64,000 nucleotides of DNA from a virus. Taxonomy: Duplodnaviria > Heunggongvirae > Uroviricota > Caudoviricetes. A model generated the notes under the pieces. That model saw nothing but the letters and a program-made list of their open reading frames with translations, was not told where the DNA came from and made no database searches. This document shows positions 56,336 to 64,000 of this stretch, one piece after another. The position numbers and the translations under genes were made by a program. Position 1 is the stretch's first letter. Each line of letters begins with the position of its first letter. The stretch is from the IMG/VR virus record IMGVR_UViG_3300027777_000022; one strand, given 5' to 3'.

Positions 56336-56523
56336 GACCACCTCAACAGGAACCACATTAGGTCTTTTTTTCTTTTAAAATAGAACACGCTGCCTGCAAG
56401 ACGATGGTGCTCCCACTTGAAGGTTGCCTCGCACCATTTGGTCTGCTGATACAAACGGGCAAAATCGCCCTGGGCACTATGCGGCATCTCCACACGCACA
56501 TGCCCGTAATCAACAATCAGCAT
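56332..56523 (-). CDS. tandem paralog family member 3 (ends FKRKKDLMWFLLRWS)
   Basis: Shared C-terminus; start MLIVDYG overlaps the upstream end. Confidence 0.6.
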   Translation of the reverse strand: MLIVDYGHVRVEMPHSAQGDFARLYQQTKWCEATFKWEHHRLAGSVFYFKRKKDLMWFLLRWS

Positions 56524-56768
56524 GACCACCTCAACAAGAACCACATCATGTCTGCTTCTTCACGGAACCAAAAATGTGATCCATTGGTGTACCAACGCTC
56601 ATCTGGCAAACTCATTCTCTTTTTGGCGCCCTCTGCATGTGTGATGCTGCTGGTAGTTTGACCAAACTGCTGATCGCACCAGGTCACTTGTGTGCCCCAT
56701 TCTTTTCCACCATTAGGCACACGTATAGTATAATAAGGTTGCCCGTATACTGTGTCTTGTGTTTTCAT
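56517..56768 (-). CDS. tandem paralog family member 2 (ends FREEADMMWFLLRWSC)
   Basis: Shared C-terminus; ATGA-coupled start MKTQDT. Confidence 0.6.
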   Translation of the reverse strand: MKTQDTVYGQPYYTIRVPNGGKEWGTQVTWCDQQFGQTTSSITHAEGAKKRMSLPDERWYTNGSHFWFREEADMMWFLLRWSC

Positions 56769-56992
56769 GACCATCTCAACAAGAAAAAGGTTCTATCTGC
56801 TTCATCACGGAACCAATACTTACGATCAGTACCTACCCAACGAGCATGTTCTACCGACCAATCACTATATCCCATGGTATCTACTATCCAATATCCCATC
56901 TTAAACCACTCGTCTGTAGAGTAGTTCAATGGTCGAACCCAATAGGGCCATTTGGGTTGATTATCAGCATAACCAGTTTCAAGCCGCTTCAT
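56765..56992 (-). CDS. tandem paralog family member 1 (ends FRDEADRTFFLLRWS)
   Basis: Shared C-terminus; ATGA-coupled start MKRLETG. Confidence 0.6.
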   Translation of the reverse strand: MKRLETGYADNQPKWPYWVRPLNYSTDEWFKMGYWIVDTMGYSDWSVEHARWVGTDRKYWFRDEADRTFFLLRWS

Positions 56993-57378
56993 CGTCTCAT
57001 TGAGGCGGCGTCTATTGCTTGTTGCTGGTTGAACACCGGCTGCAAACAAGATTTATGTAGAACGGTCACTCCAATGATCTCAGTTCCTGTGTACACTTTC
57101 ACATTGGGCGTGGTATCATGCCCTGCTGTAACTCTGCTAGGAATGTGATGAGTGTTGGTACGACCCACTGGCGTTTCTAATCGATACACCAAGGGTTCTG
57201 CTGCTAGAGCACGGCGACGCTTTTTTTCTTCTGCTTCCACACCTTGACGCTTGAGCAGTTCTTTCCAGCTCAAATCCAGCTCACGAGCTCGTTGTGCTTC
57301 GGCTGCATTACGGAATTTTACCTTGCCTTTTTTCTTGCCGTTGAGGCTCAAAGCAGGGCCGCATAAATGCATGGTCAT
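56989..57378 (-). CDS. basic hypothetical protein
   Basis: RBS GGAGAA; YTGTEIIGV.VLHKSCLQPVF motif; has its own promoter. Confidence 0.6.
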   Translation of the reverse strand: MTMHLCGPALSLNGKKKGKVKFRNAAEAQRARELDLSWKELLKRQGVEAEEKKRRRALAAEPLVYRLETPVGRTNTHHIPSRVTAGHDTTPNVKVYTGTEIIGVTVLHKSCLQPVFNQQQAIDAASMRR

Positions 57379-57404
57379 AGGGTTCTCCAAGTAGTCATGT
57401 GCTT

Positions 57405-57433
57405 ATTATAGCACAGCCCGAATTACTGGTCAA
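57405..57433 (-). promoter_or_regulatory. sigma70-like promoter
   Basis: TTGACC-N17-TATAAT. Confidence 0.7.
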
Positions 57434-58637
57434 GTGGTAAATGCTTGGCAAATTCAGGAAGATAATCCTTTATGGATATACCTTTCCAACGATCCTGTTT
57501 TTGTATTTCCACAAGAAATCGTTGATAGTTTTGATCGTCTTGATTAGTATGGGTGCCTAATAGTTTGGCAATATCAGGGTTGCAAGCAACGATGAGATCT
57601 TTGATGTGTTTGGGTACAGCCGACGGCTGGAAATGTGTTGGATAATCAACTAAATTGGTTAGAAAATTTATTCCTTGTTGATTGAACCATGCTGTAGTTT
57701 GTATGTAATACCAAAGATTTACGTTGCTCAATGTATAACTCACGCTAACATCAATCTCATAGTCTTGAGCCCATTTGATATTGTCCAAAATTTTATTCCA
57801 ACTCAACGGATATCTCATGTATTCAAACACTGGACCAATTCCATCTATACTAAAACAGAAGTTGACTTTTTTAAACTTGTTCAATATATTTTTCTGAGTA
57901 TCAGTTAGATCAAAACTACCATTGGTTACAAAACTCACAAAACAATCGCTGTTGTCGTGTTTCAATAGTTTATCTAGTATGTCAAAATTAGTTGAACTCA
58001 AAAATGGTTCACCACCACGGAATGATATTGACTGCAGACGAGAATAATCCAACGTGTGATTAAAATCCTCATGCCGTACCCTCCAGGTCTTTTTAGGGAC
58101 TATGTTGTTTTTTCTTTCCAGTGCTGCCCACGCAGAACTAGATCCACTATCACAGGTCACGCAAGTGGCGTTACATGTATTGCTGGTGTCAATTTTCAAC
58201 ATCGCAATACTGTATTGATCGTTCTGACATTGGTCCAATAGAGATTGGATTGATGTGTCTTCTAAAAAACTCAGTGTTTGATTTTTAAGCTGGCGATCGC
58301 TGAGTAACTCGGCATCTTCATTTCTCCAACACCTGGCACATTCTGTTGGCCGAATTCCGTCCAACATCTGGGTGCGTATTTTTTTGATGTCGTATCCTGC
58401 TGGAAGCAAACAACATGCAGTTTTTGACAATCCTAGTTCTAGCCCAAAAAATGGTAACACGCAGAACGCTGGATGATCAAACTCCTCGTTGGGCTCGAGC
58501 ATCTGATTGATTTCATCATACACAAATTGTTCTATATTTTCGTGCGATCGAAACTGATCAAATGCTGGCCAATCTGGACCTGCTACAGATTCATAGTCAG
58601 CCTGTGTGACATAACTATATCTTTCCGATAATTGCAT
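57423..58637 (-). CDS. radical SAM protein
   Basis: CNATCVTC, FRGGEPF, VTNGS, FSIDG; additional N-terminal Cys cluster (CVLPF..CC..C..C). Confidence 0.85.
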   Translation of the reverse strand: MQLSERYSYVTQADYESVAGPDWPAFDQFRSHENIEQFVYDEINQMLEPNEEFDHPAFCVLPFFGLELGLSKTACCLLPAGYDIKKIRTQMLDGIRPTECARCWRNEDAELLSDRQLKNQTLSFLEDTSIQSLLDQCQNDQYSIAMLKIDTSNTCNATCVTCDSGSSSAWAALERKNNIVPKKTWRVRHEDFNHTLDYSRLQSISFRGGEPFLSSTNFDILDKLLKHDNSDCFVSFVTNGSFDLTDTQKNILNKFKKVNFCFSIDGIGPVFEYMRYPLSWNKILDNIKWAQDYEIDVSVSYTLSNVNLWYYIQTTAWFNQQGINFLTNLVDYPTHFQPSAVPKHIKDLIVACNPDIAKLLGTHTNQDDQNYQRFLVEIQKQDRWKGISIKDYLPEFAKHLPLDQ

Positions 58638-58943
58638 TTATTTGAACAGGATTAGTGCCATTAACACAGCCTGCACAATGAATCCTGTGCCAACGGTGAC
58701 AATATTCAGCATGTCACGAAGCACCACAGCTCGCATGAACAGCAACACCAAGCCAGCCCACATGAACAGCACGATATCCAAACTGGGAGTGCGATCACTC
58801 AGTCCTGTCATCAAGGCCAGCATGGTGGGAATGGTAGCAGCATGAAACACAATGGCTGCAAGCCAGCCCAGCGTTTCTGCACTCAGTCGAGGCAAGTGTT
58901 CTTGCACCCATTTGGCAACTGAGTTGATAGGGTCAAAGTTCAT
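58638..58943 (-). CDS. small membrane protein (3 TM helices, SemiSWEET/PQ-loop-like size)
   Basis: Hydropathy pattern; Pro in the first helix (IPT). Confidence 0.5.
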   Translation of the reverse strand: MNFDPINSVAKWVQEHLPRLSAETLGWLAAIVFHAATIPTMLALMTGLSDRTPSLDIVLFMWAGLVLLFMRAVVLRDMLNIVTVGTGFIVQAVLMALILFK

Positions 58944-59512
58944 ACTTTCTCTCCATAAAAAATGTGATGCCCAATTTTTTCTAGCCGGGGTTTGTTCCAG
59001 CCAGGATTCACGTAGTCGGCGTGATAGTACAGTGCGTCTTTGAGTCCAGGCAATCGGAATCCTTCCAACAGCACTTTCTTGGCCACTTCTTCACTTTCGT
59101 TCCACAGTGGTCGGTGGATGGTTTTGACAGTGTGACCCGACTCGCAGAACCATGAGAATTGACATACTATCTTTTGATAGAACAAGTTCTTTTGATACAC
59201 TACTCCGCACACAGATGGTGCAAAGCGTCCCGACTCCATACGGTTCAGAGTGACCTGTGCCACTCCTACTTTGCCTTCAAATGGTTCCGACGCAGCTTCC
59301 CAATAGATGTTGCGTGTTAGGCAATCCAGTTCCTGAGTGCGTTGAGCAGCACTGATGTAGTTTGGAGATAAATTTCCTGATTGTTCACGTAGGATATCAA
59401 ACCGTGTGGTTGTTACTGAGCACACTGTATAAATCACCACAAACAGGCCAATGGCCTTGAGTATAAGTGATATATATTGTTGTGCCAGAAGTGATAGTTG
59501 ATTTGCTTTCAT
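58940..59512 (-). CDS. SleB/Hydrolase_2-family cell wall hydrolase with an N-terminal TM anchor
   Basis: CL..NIYWEAASEP..GK..VAQVT.NR, CGVVYQ, CQFSW, ALYYHADYVNP.W, IG.HIFY. Confidence 0.88.
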   Translation of the reverse strand: MKANQLSLLAQQYISLILKAIGLFVVIYTVCSVTTTRFDILREQSGNLSPNYISAAQRTQELDCLTRNIYWEAASEPFEGKVGVAQVTLNRMESGRFAPSVCGVVYQKNLFYQKIVCQFSWFCESGHTVKTIHRPLWNESEEVAKKVLLEGFRLPGLKDALYYHADYVNPGWNKPRLEKIGHHIFYGEKV

Positions 59513-59557
59513 GGTATGTTACTTAATGAAATGGGCAAAATCACCCGAAAGATACGC

Positions 59558-59577
59558 ACGAAACTGATCAGTTTCGT
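59558..59577. promoter_or_regulatory. perfect 20-bp palindrome in an intergenic region
   Basis: ACGAAACTGATCAGTTTCGT. Confidence 0.6.
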
Positions 59578-59603
59578 ATTTCTCAATGTGTATTATAACA
59601 CAA

Positions 59604-60431
59604 TCAGCTGAGCTTGCAAACCGGAATTGGCAACATCTTGTGCAAGTTTGCTGCGCGAATCTCACGGTATCGGCGAAGGTTTTTCTTTTGCTGCGGAGTG
59701 GCCAATTTGGCCAGTTCTGAATAGGTATCTTGGCGCATGGCCAATTCCAATTCTGGGTACGTCATGCCCAACTGATCTTCATCAGTTCGACCATCCTCCC
59801 ACAATCCGTCAGTTGGCGGTGCATCAATGATTGCTTGCAACAATCCCATTTCCTGTCCCATGGCCCATACTTCAGTTTTCATGCAGTCGCCAATGGGGCT
59901 AATGTCTACGCCACCGTCACCATATTTAGTAAAGAATCCCACTCCAAAATCCTCCACTCGATTACCTGTACCTACCACAATGCCTTTCATGCTTTGTGCA
60001 ATCTGATACAAGGTCATCATGCGCAATCTAGCTCTGCTGTTGGCATAGGCCAGTTCATTGTACACACCATCCGCTGTGGCTTTTTCAAACTGTCGGAATG
60101 ATGAAGTGAGATTAACGGTTTTGTGCAGCACAGTATCTGGAAAGTGCTCCACTAGCCAAGCACCATGTGCCATACTGAGACTGTGAGTTTTTGCACTTTG
60201 ACGAATGGGCATGCTCACCGCATGTACGTTCAAGCCTGTGCGGGCACACAAGGTGCTGACCACAGCAGAATCAATCCCACCAGATACCCCTACCACTAAT
60301 GTGTCAATTTTGGCACTGCGGGCATAAGCCCGGATCCACTTCACAATGGTGGTGATACGCTGTTTAGGTGTTATAGTTTTGGCTTGGGCAACTTCTTCAG
60401 TGCTTCCCACATCTGCGCTTTCTCTTGACAT
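59604..60431 (-). CDS. nadE: NH3-dependent NAD+ synthetase
   Basis: VGVSGGIDSAV, N.RARLRM..LY, GTGN..E, FFTKYGDG, P.D..KTEV, PPTDGLW, TDEDQLG.TY. Confidence 0.92.
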   Translation of the reverse strand: MSRESADVGSTEEVAQAKTITPKQRITTIVKWIRAYARSAKIDTLVVGVSGGIDSAVVSTLCARTGLNVHAVSMPIRQSAKTHSLSMAHGAWLVEHFPDTVLHKTVNLTSSFRQFEKATADGVYNELAYANSRARLRMMTLYQIAQSMKGIVVGTGNRVEDFGVGFFTKYGDGGVDISPIGDCMKTEVWAMGQEMGLLQAIIDAPPTDGLWEDGRTDEDQLGMTYPELELAMRQDTYSELAKLATPQQKKNLRRYREIRAANLHKMLPIPVCKLS

Positions 60432-60979
60432 TTCTTCTCCAATTTTCTATATCGTTCGCCCAGGCGGCGTAGGTCATCCCAGTCTTTTTCCAGCTCAGGA
60501 TTGGGTGTTAGTATGTTCAGTCGCTCTTCAACTTTCTCCATCCAGGCTGTCATGCTCTTGCCGTTGATCTCAATGTCAGCGTTTTTGCCCTTCAGGGTCA
60601 TCTTGCCATTTTGGTCAAACTGTGTGTTTGCTATGGAAACATTGCCATTACCGAGACCAGTACCATAGTTGCCTGCTCCAATGGTATATGGATTAGTGGT
60701 ATTGGTGGTATAGGTATACCCCTGGCTCAATGATCCAGTGGGACCAGTGGCACCAGTGGCACCAGTGGCTAAGGCTGCGGTAAGTGGCCCTATAGTACCG
60801 TAGTCAATTGAATGCATGACACCAGTAGTCCAATCAGTTTCTTGGTATAAGGGTGTGGAGGCAGCATTTTTAACTGCTTGATTTAGACCACGCATTTTTG
60901 TCAAGAAATCATCCTGGCCAGTGACTGAGTTTGCGCAGTCTGCAAGAGTTAGTGGTGGTAACTCTTGTTTCATGATCAT
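60371..60979 (-). CDS. hypothetical protein
   Basis: 202-aa ORF; Thr/Gly-rich middle and coiled-coil C-terminus. Confidence 0.55.
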   Translation of the reverse strand: MIMKQELPPLTLADCANSVTGQDDFLTKMRGLNQAVKNAASTPLYQETDWTTGVMHSIDYGTIGPLTAALATGATGATGPTGSLSQGYTYTTNTTNPYTIGAGNYGTGLGNGNVSIANTQFDQNGKMTLKGKNADIEINGKSMTAWMEKVEERLNILTPNPELEKDWDDLRRLGERYRKLEKKCQEKAQMWEALKKLPKPKL

Positions 60980-61164
60980 GCCTTGACGGACAGTGCTTCT
61001 TTTTCAGCAGTGATTTCTTTGCGGCGTTCTTTGATACCCTTGCTCATTTCCTGCAAGGCCTTGCGAGCTCGAGCAGCAGCAGCTTTCACACCCTTGGTTG
61101 TGAATTTCTCATTTTCTGCAAGATAAGTTTCGTAAGCAGCTACGATTTGTTCGTGATTGGTCAT
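60976..61164 (-). CDS. small basic histone-H1-like (Hc1-type) protein
   Basis: FTTKGVKAAAARARKALQE..K..KE.RKEI; RBS AAGGAA. Confidence 0.65.
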   Translation of the reverse strand: MTNHEQIVAAYETYLAENEKFTTKGVKAAAARARKALQEMSKGIKERRKEITAEKEALSVKA

Positions 61165-61209
61165 AATATTGTTCCTTTGTTAATGACTGGATGTTGTTTC
61201 CATGTCAGT

Positions 61210-61238
61210 AGTATATACTCTAGATCAACAGAAGTCAA
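61210..61238 (-). promoter_or_regulatory. sigma70-like promoter
   Basis: TTGACT-N17-TATACT. Confidence 0.7.
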
Positions 61239-61240
61239 TA

Positions 61241-61456
61241 TTATTCTATCACAATATGGCGACGCTCCCAGGAATCCCATATCACCGTGAGATTCCAATC
61301 ACCTGTCCAACTCAGTTGGAATAGTCCCAGTGCCCGGTAGTCAGGCAAGTGCAAGCGATTGTCTTGTATGCGAGCATGACCTGTGGGATTGTGTTTAATC
61401 CAGGTCTTGAATTTGGCATCCGGTGCTTCGCCGCGATATAGTATTATGTATTGCAC
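61241..61456 (-). CDS. hypothetical protein
   Basis: 71-aa ORF with GTG start. Confidence 0.45.
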   Translation of the reverse strand: MQYIILYRGEAPDAKFKTWIKHNPTGHARIQDNRLHLPDYRALGLFQLSWTGDWNLTVIWDSWERRHIVIE

Positions 61457-61494
61457 AGAATTAGCATGAACTTGTGTTCATGAAATATTTAGTC

Positions 61495-61520
61495 AAAACA
61501 AAAGGCCCTTGCGGGCCTTT
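61495..61520 (-). terminator. rho-independent terminator
   Basis: AAAGGCCC-GCAA-GGGCCTTT followed by TGTTTT. Confidence 0.8.
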
Positions 61521-61542
61521 GGCGTGCGGAAGCAACAGTTGT

Positions 61543-61893
61543 TTATACCGTGACCTTGTTCCAACCTTCAGGGTTGGTTTCAGTAGCTGCCGGCACTGTC
61601 GCGGCCTTGGTGGCCTTGACTTTGATTTCGCCCTTTTTGGCCATCTTGCTCTTTTCAGAGATCTTGTTAGCCACAGCAAAGCCGGCATCACCAGCAGTGA
61701 TACCCAAACTCTGCAAGTGTTGCAGGGCCTCCAGCTTGGTCATTGCTGTGGGCAATTCAACCAAGTTGATGTTGGTGCAGTTGTTTTTGTTGAGAATCTT
61801 GATACGTGCTACCAAGTCGTTTGCAAAGCGTACCTTAACGGTGCCATCGGCATTGGTTGCGGTTCCTGCTACGGTAAAAGTTTTTTCATCCAT
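61543..61893 (-). CDS. hypothetical Lys/Ala-rich protein
   Basis: Has its own promoter and terminator; GK/GTVKVRFAND motif. Confidence 0.65.
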   Translation of the reverse strand: MDEKTFTVAGTATNADGTVKVRFANDLVARIKILNKNNCTNINLVELPTAMTKLEALQHLQSLGITAGDAGFAVANKISEKSKMAKKGEIKVKATKAATVPAATETNPEGWNKVTV

Positions 61894-61946
61894 GATTTAA
61901 ATTGCCTTTCGAGTTGATTAAAATGCTGTTCCGCACAGCTGACCTA

Positions 61947-61975
61947 AGTATAACATAAAGATTGGTCAATGTCAA
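61947..61975 (-). promoter_or_regulatory. sigma70-like promoter
   Basis: TTGACA-N17-TATACT. Confidence 0.75.
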
Positions 61976-62004
61976 CCTCTTTGTTATACCAGATTGGAGT
62001 GGGT

Positions 62005-62253
62005 TCACTTGGAACCAGTATTGGTGAATTGGCCTGAGTTCAGCATGAGTTCAAAGGTGTCAAACAGCGTTTCAAACTTGCGATGGTACACAGTGGCCAG
62101 TGCAGCAAATTCGTCGCTGGGTGCGCCTTGCTCAGCAAACAACTTGACGTCATCTACCATGCTCCAACACTGCATGATTTGCTGTTCTAGATCAAATCGA
62201 TCCACATGAGTTTCAAGATCCAGTGTAGTGGATTTGCTTTTGTCTTTTTTCAT
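62005..62253 (-). CDS. hypothetical protein
   Basis: 82 aa; DRFDLEQQIMQCW motif. Confidence 0.6.
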   Translation of the reverse strand: MKKDKSKSTTLDLETHVDRFDLEQQIMQCWSMVDDVKLFAEQGAPSDEFAALATVYHRKFETLFDTFELMLNSGQFTNTGSK

Positions 62254-62283
62254 TTTGTTACCTATTGTGTAAACATCAATTTG

Positions 62284-62490
62284 TCAAAGGTTTTTTAGCC
62301 TGTATTTGGCATCAAGTGCAACTATTTCTTCTTCAGTAGCCAAGCACTCGCGGGCTAAACGATTCTTCTCTGCCTGTATGACTCGAGCCTCAGTCTGACC
62401 ACGTGTCCAGGCCGTGTAGTCATCACTGCGGTCATAGGTCCAATCGTGGTGGGCCAACAAGGTCTTCAGTGTAGCCAATTCTGGATTCAT
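62284..62490 (-). CDS. hypothetical protein
   Basis: 68 aa; HDWTY..SDD. Confidence 0.6.
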   Translation of the reverse strand: MNPELATLKTLLAHHDWTYDRSDDYTAWTRGQTEARVIQAEKNRLARECLATEEEIVALDAKYRLKNL

Positions 62491-62723
62491 TCTTCAACTC
62501 CGAAATGTTCTGCAATCTCATTGGCAATCTGTTTGATACCAAGTACACGGTCGCGGTGTTGCAAGATTTCTTCTGTCTCATTTAAGATATCTTCGGCAAT
62601 ATGCCAAGCACCTCGACTAGCATAATCTATTTGTCCACGCCCAGCCATTACGCCTTGGCAAACTGCTAGTGCAAGCAAGTCTTTCAACGATATTTTATCG
62701 TCAATTATACGATTGCTGATCAT
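62487..62723 (-). CDS. hypothetical protein ending IAEHFGVEE
   Basis: Shares its C-terminus and a 23-bp junction with the upstream gene. Confidence 0.6.
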   Translation of the reverse strand: MISNRIIDDKISLKDLLALAVCQGVMAGRGQIDYASRGAWHIAEDILNETEEILQHRDRVLGIKQIANEIAEHFGVEE

Positions 62724-63001
62724 TCTTCAACTCCGAAATGTTTTTGAATCTCTTGCCCTAATATCTCTACTTGAAAGGCAGCACTTGTGGCAGTGATCAT
62801 CTCTTCCTTATCTGCGGCATATTCCTCTGCTTTTTGCATGATAACAAATGCTTTCTTTTTAGCAAGGTCAGCACATTCCCGAACAATCAACTCGGCGAAC
62901 TTTTCTAGGTTGTAGTCATACTCGCCAGCAGTACACTTGCCAGGGCGAGGCCAGAGGCTCTGAGCACCGTCTAACCAAAGTTCTTTAATTCGTTCGTTCA
63001 T
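62720..63001 (-). CDS. hypothetical protein (MNERIKEL...FAELIVREC...HFGVEE family)
   Basis: Conserved-looking termini; shared junction repeat. Confidence 0.65.
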   Translation of the reverse strand: MNERIKELWLDGAQSLWPRPGKCTAGEYDYNLEKFAELIVRECADLAKKKAFVIMQKAEEYAADKEEMITATSAAFQVEILGQEIQKHFGVEE

Positions 63002-63002
63002 A

Positions 63003-63269
63003 TTACTCTCCAGTGTAGAATTCGTAGATCTTAACTGTGGGATCCAACTGCACCAACTGCTGAGCCACCCGGGTCAATTCCAAGTAGCGATGCCGTGTTT
63101 GAGTAGCGGACAGTTCGCCATCACAGCTGAGGTTCTCCGGACTCAGTTCGCAGTCGATGAGGTCTGCCACACGCTGACGACCCTTTGCAGTCCGGATCTC
63201 AAACTGGTCGCCTCGGAACATGGCGTTCCACTTGTTCTTCTGATCAATGTAGGCTTGCAATGCTTTCAT
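63003..63269 (-). CDS. hypothetical protein
   Basis: RBS AAGGAG; LSPENLSCDGE motif; start MKALQAY. Confidence 0.65.
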   Translation of the reverse strand: MKALQAYIDQKNKWNAMFRGDQFEIRTAKGRQRVADLIDCELSPENLSCDGELSATQTRHRYLELTRVAQQLVQLDPTVKIYEFYTGE

Positions 63270-63297
63270 ATCTGCTCCTTGGTGTGTGTAAGCCGTT

Positions 63298-63326
63298 ATT
63301 ATAACAGGGTTCTTACACCCTGTCAA
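63298..63326 (-). promoter_or_regulatory. consensus sigma70 promoter with an internal inverted repeat
   Basis: TTGACA-N17-TATAAT; ACAGGG-N8-CCCTGT spans the -35 element and spacer. Confidence 0.85.
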
Positions 63327-63328
63327 CT

Positions 63329-63607
63329 TTACATGCTCCAGTAAGTTTCTGAAGAGGGCGAGCAGTAGTAAGGGGTGTTCACGTCCTCTTGGAACTCCGC
63401 ACCGCTCATCAAGTTCTTGCGAGTAACCATACGCGGTTGGTAGGTCTTGGTGTCAACAATGTCCAGCTCGTTAACGCCCCAACCTGCCTTGTTGCAAAGA
63501 CGAGTGCGGGTTGCTTTGGCAGCACCAAACGTATTGTACGAACGAGTGCGGTTGGGACCATCAGTTGCAATAAGACCAGTGGCTTTGACGATTACGTAGT
63601 AGCTCAT
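63329..63607 (-). CDS. hypothetical protein
   Basis: RBS AAGGAG; ends TPYYCSPSSETYWSM. Confidence 0.65.
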   Translation of the reverse strand: MSYYVIVKATGLIATDGPNRTRSYNTFGAAKATRTRLCNKAGWGVNELDIVDTKTYQPRMVTRKNLMSGAEFQEDVNTPYYCSPSSETYWSM

Positions 63608-63637
63608 TTTGAACTCCTTTTTGCTGAACATGTGTAT

Positions 63638-63666
63638 ATTATAGCCGATCTGCCAATACCGGTCTA
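63638..63666 (-). promoter_or_regulatory. sigma70-like promoter
   Basis: TAGACC-N17-TATAAT. Confidence 0.6.
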
Positions 63667-63684
63667 CCGTTTTATACCATATTT

Positions 63685-64000
63685 TTACAAAAAAGACATG
63701 AATTTTTGTGGGTTTTTTGCAATAAACTTTTGTTGTTTTTGTGCAACACTATCCAGCGCAGCTTCAATTTGATCCCAGGGCACCCCATGTTCTTCATACC
63801 CTTGTGACAGCATGTCCAAGTAGCCCTGGCTGGGATAATCATCCAGATTATCGGGCTGCATACGATAGCATTCTGCCATTACGATATTACCGTGATATTC
63901 AACTGGTAATATGTCACGCCCGTAATAGTATGGATATCCTTCCAACTGATCCAAGGATTCCAGATGGTCTGTATCAATCAGCCACAGCACACCATCGACT
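63685..64000 (-). CDS. gamma-glutamylcyclotransferase (GGCT/AIG2-like), 5' end outside the window
   Basis: VDGVLW.I....L..LDQLEGYP..Y.R; frame is open to the window edge. Confidence 0.8.
   Translation of the reverse strand, partial: VDGVLWLIDTDHLESLDQLEGYPYYYGRDILPVEYHGNIVMAECYRMQPDNLDDYPSQGYLDMLSQGYEEHGVPWDQIEAALDSVAQKQQKFIAKNPQKFMSFL

Noticed and set aside
61461-61917. ORFs 61474..61917 (+), 61550..61900 (+) and 61461..61691 (-)
   Set aside because: They overlap 61543..61893 (-), which has its own promoter, RBS and terminator.
1-64000. Stop-codon reassignment (seen in some jumbo phages)
   Set aside because: Recognisable genes are full length under the standard code, and TAA, TGA and TAG all serve as stops with coupled downstream starts.
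1-64000. tRNA, rRNA or tmRNA genes
   Set aside because: Intergenic gaps are short and I saw no cloverleaf or T-loop/CCA signature; tRNAscan-SE would be needed to exclude them formally.

Overview
This is a gene-dense segment of a large T4-like (myovirus-type) jumbo bacteriophage genome, with almost all genes on the minus strand. The host is probably a Gram-negative Betaproteobacterium, inferred from the i-/o-spanins and a Bug/TctC-family gene. From right to left the window holds four regions. (1) Small sigma70-promoter-driven accessory genes, including two tandem paralog sets joined by repeated stop/RBS junctions. (2) Host-like genes (nadE, infA, Fe/Mn SOD, ErpA/IscA) and a tail/baseplate module with a 1931-aa (Gly-X-Gln)n collagen-like fibre. 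(3) A truncated DnaE fragment, GroES, a clamp loader, PhoH, a sulfotransferase/APS-kinase/methyltransferase/TctC cluster, a full lysis cassette, DnaJ and ClpA. (4) A ~15 kb translationally coupled array (about 3.6-18.9 kb). Most proteins in that array begin with M-[RK]-x-x-E-F-x-x-E, which closely resembles the T4 internal-protein capsid targeting sequence. The larger ones are punctuated by [VILM]-x-E motifs like T4 prohead-protease sites. The array includes a 2017-aa polyvalent protein (nucleotidyltransferase, HExxH peptidase, amidoligase, deaminase, four GNATs, ART-like domain). I interpret it as a head-packaged, protease-processed effector cargo system; this is inference from motifs and has not been tested. 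I found no tRNA, rRNA or CRISPR array by eye. All family calls come from recognising motifs by eye, not from database searches. Many starts were moved from the ORF track to the coupled (ATGA/TAATG) start codon.
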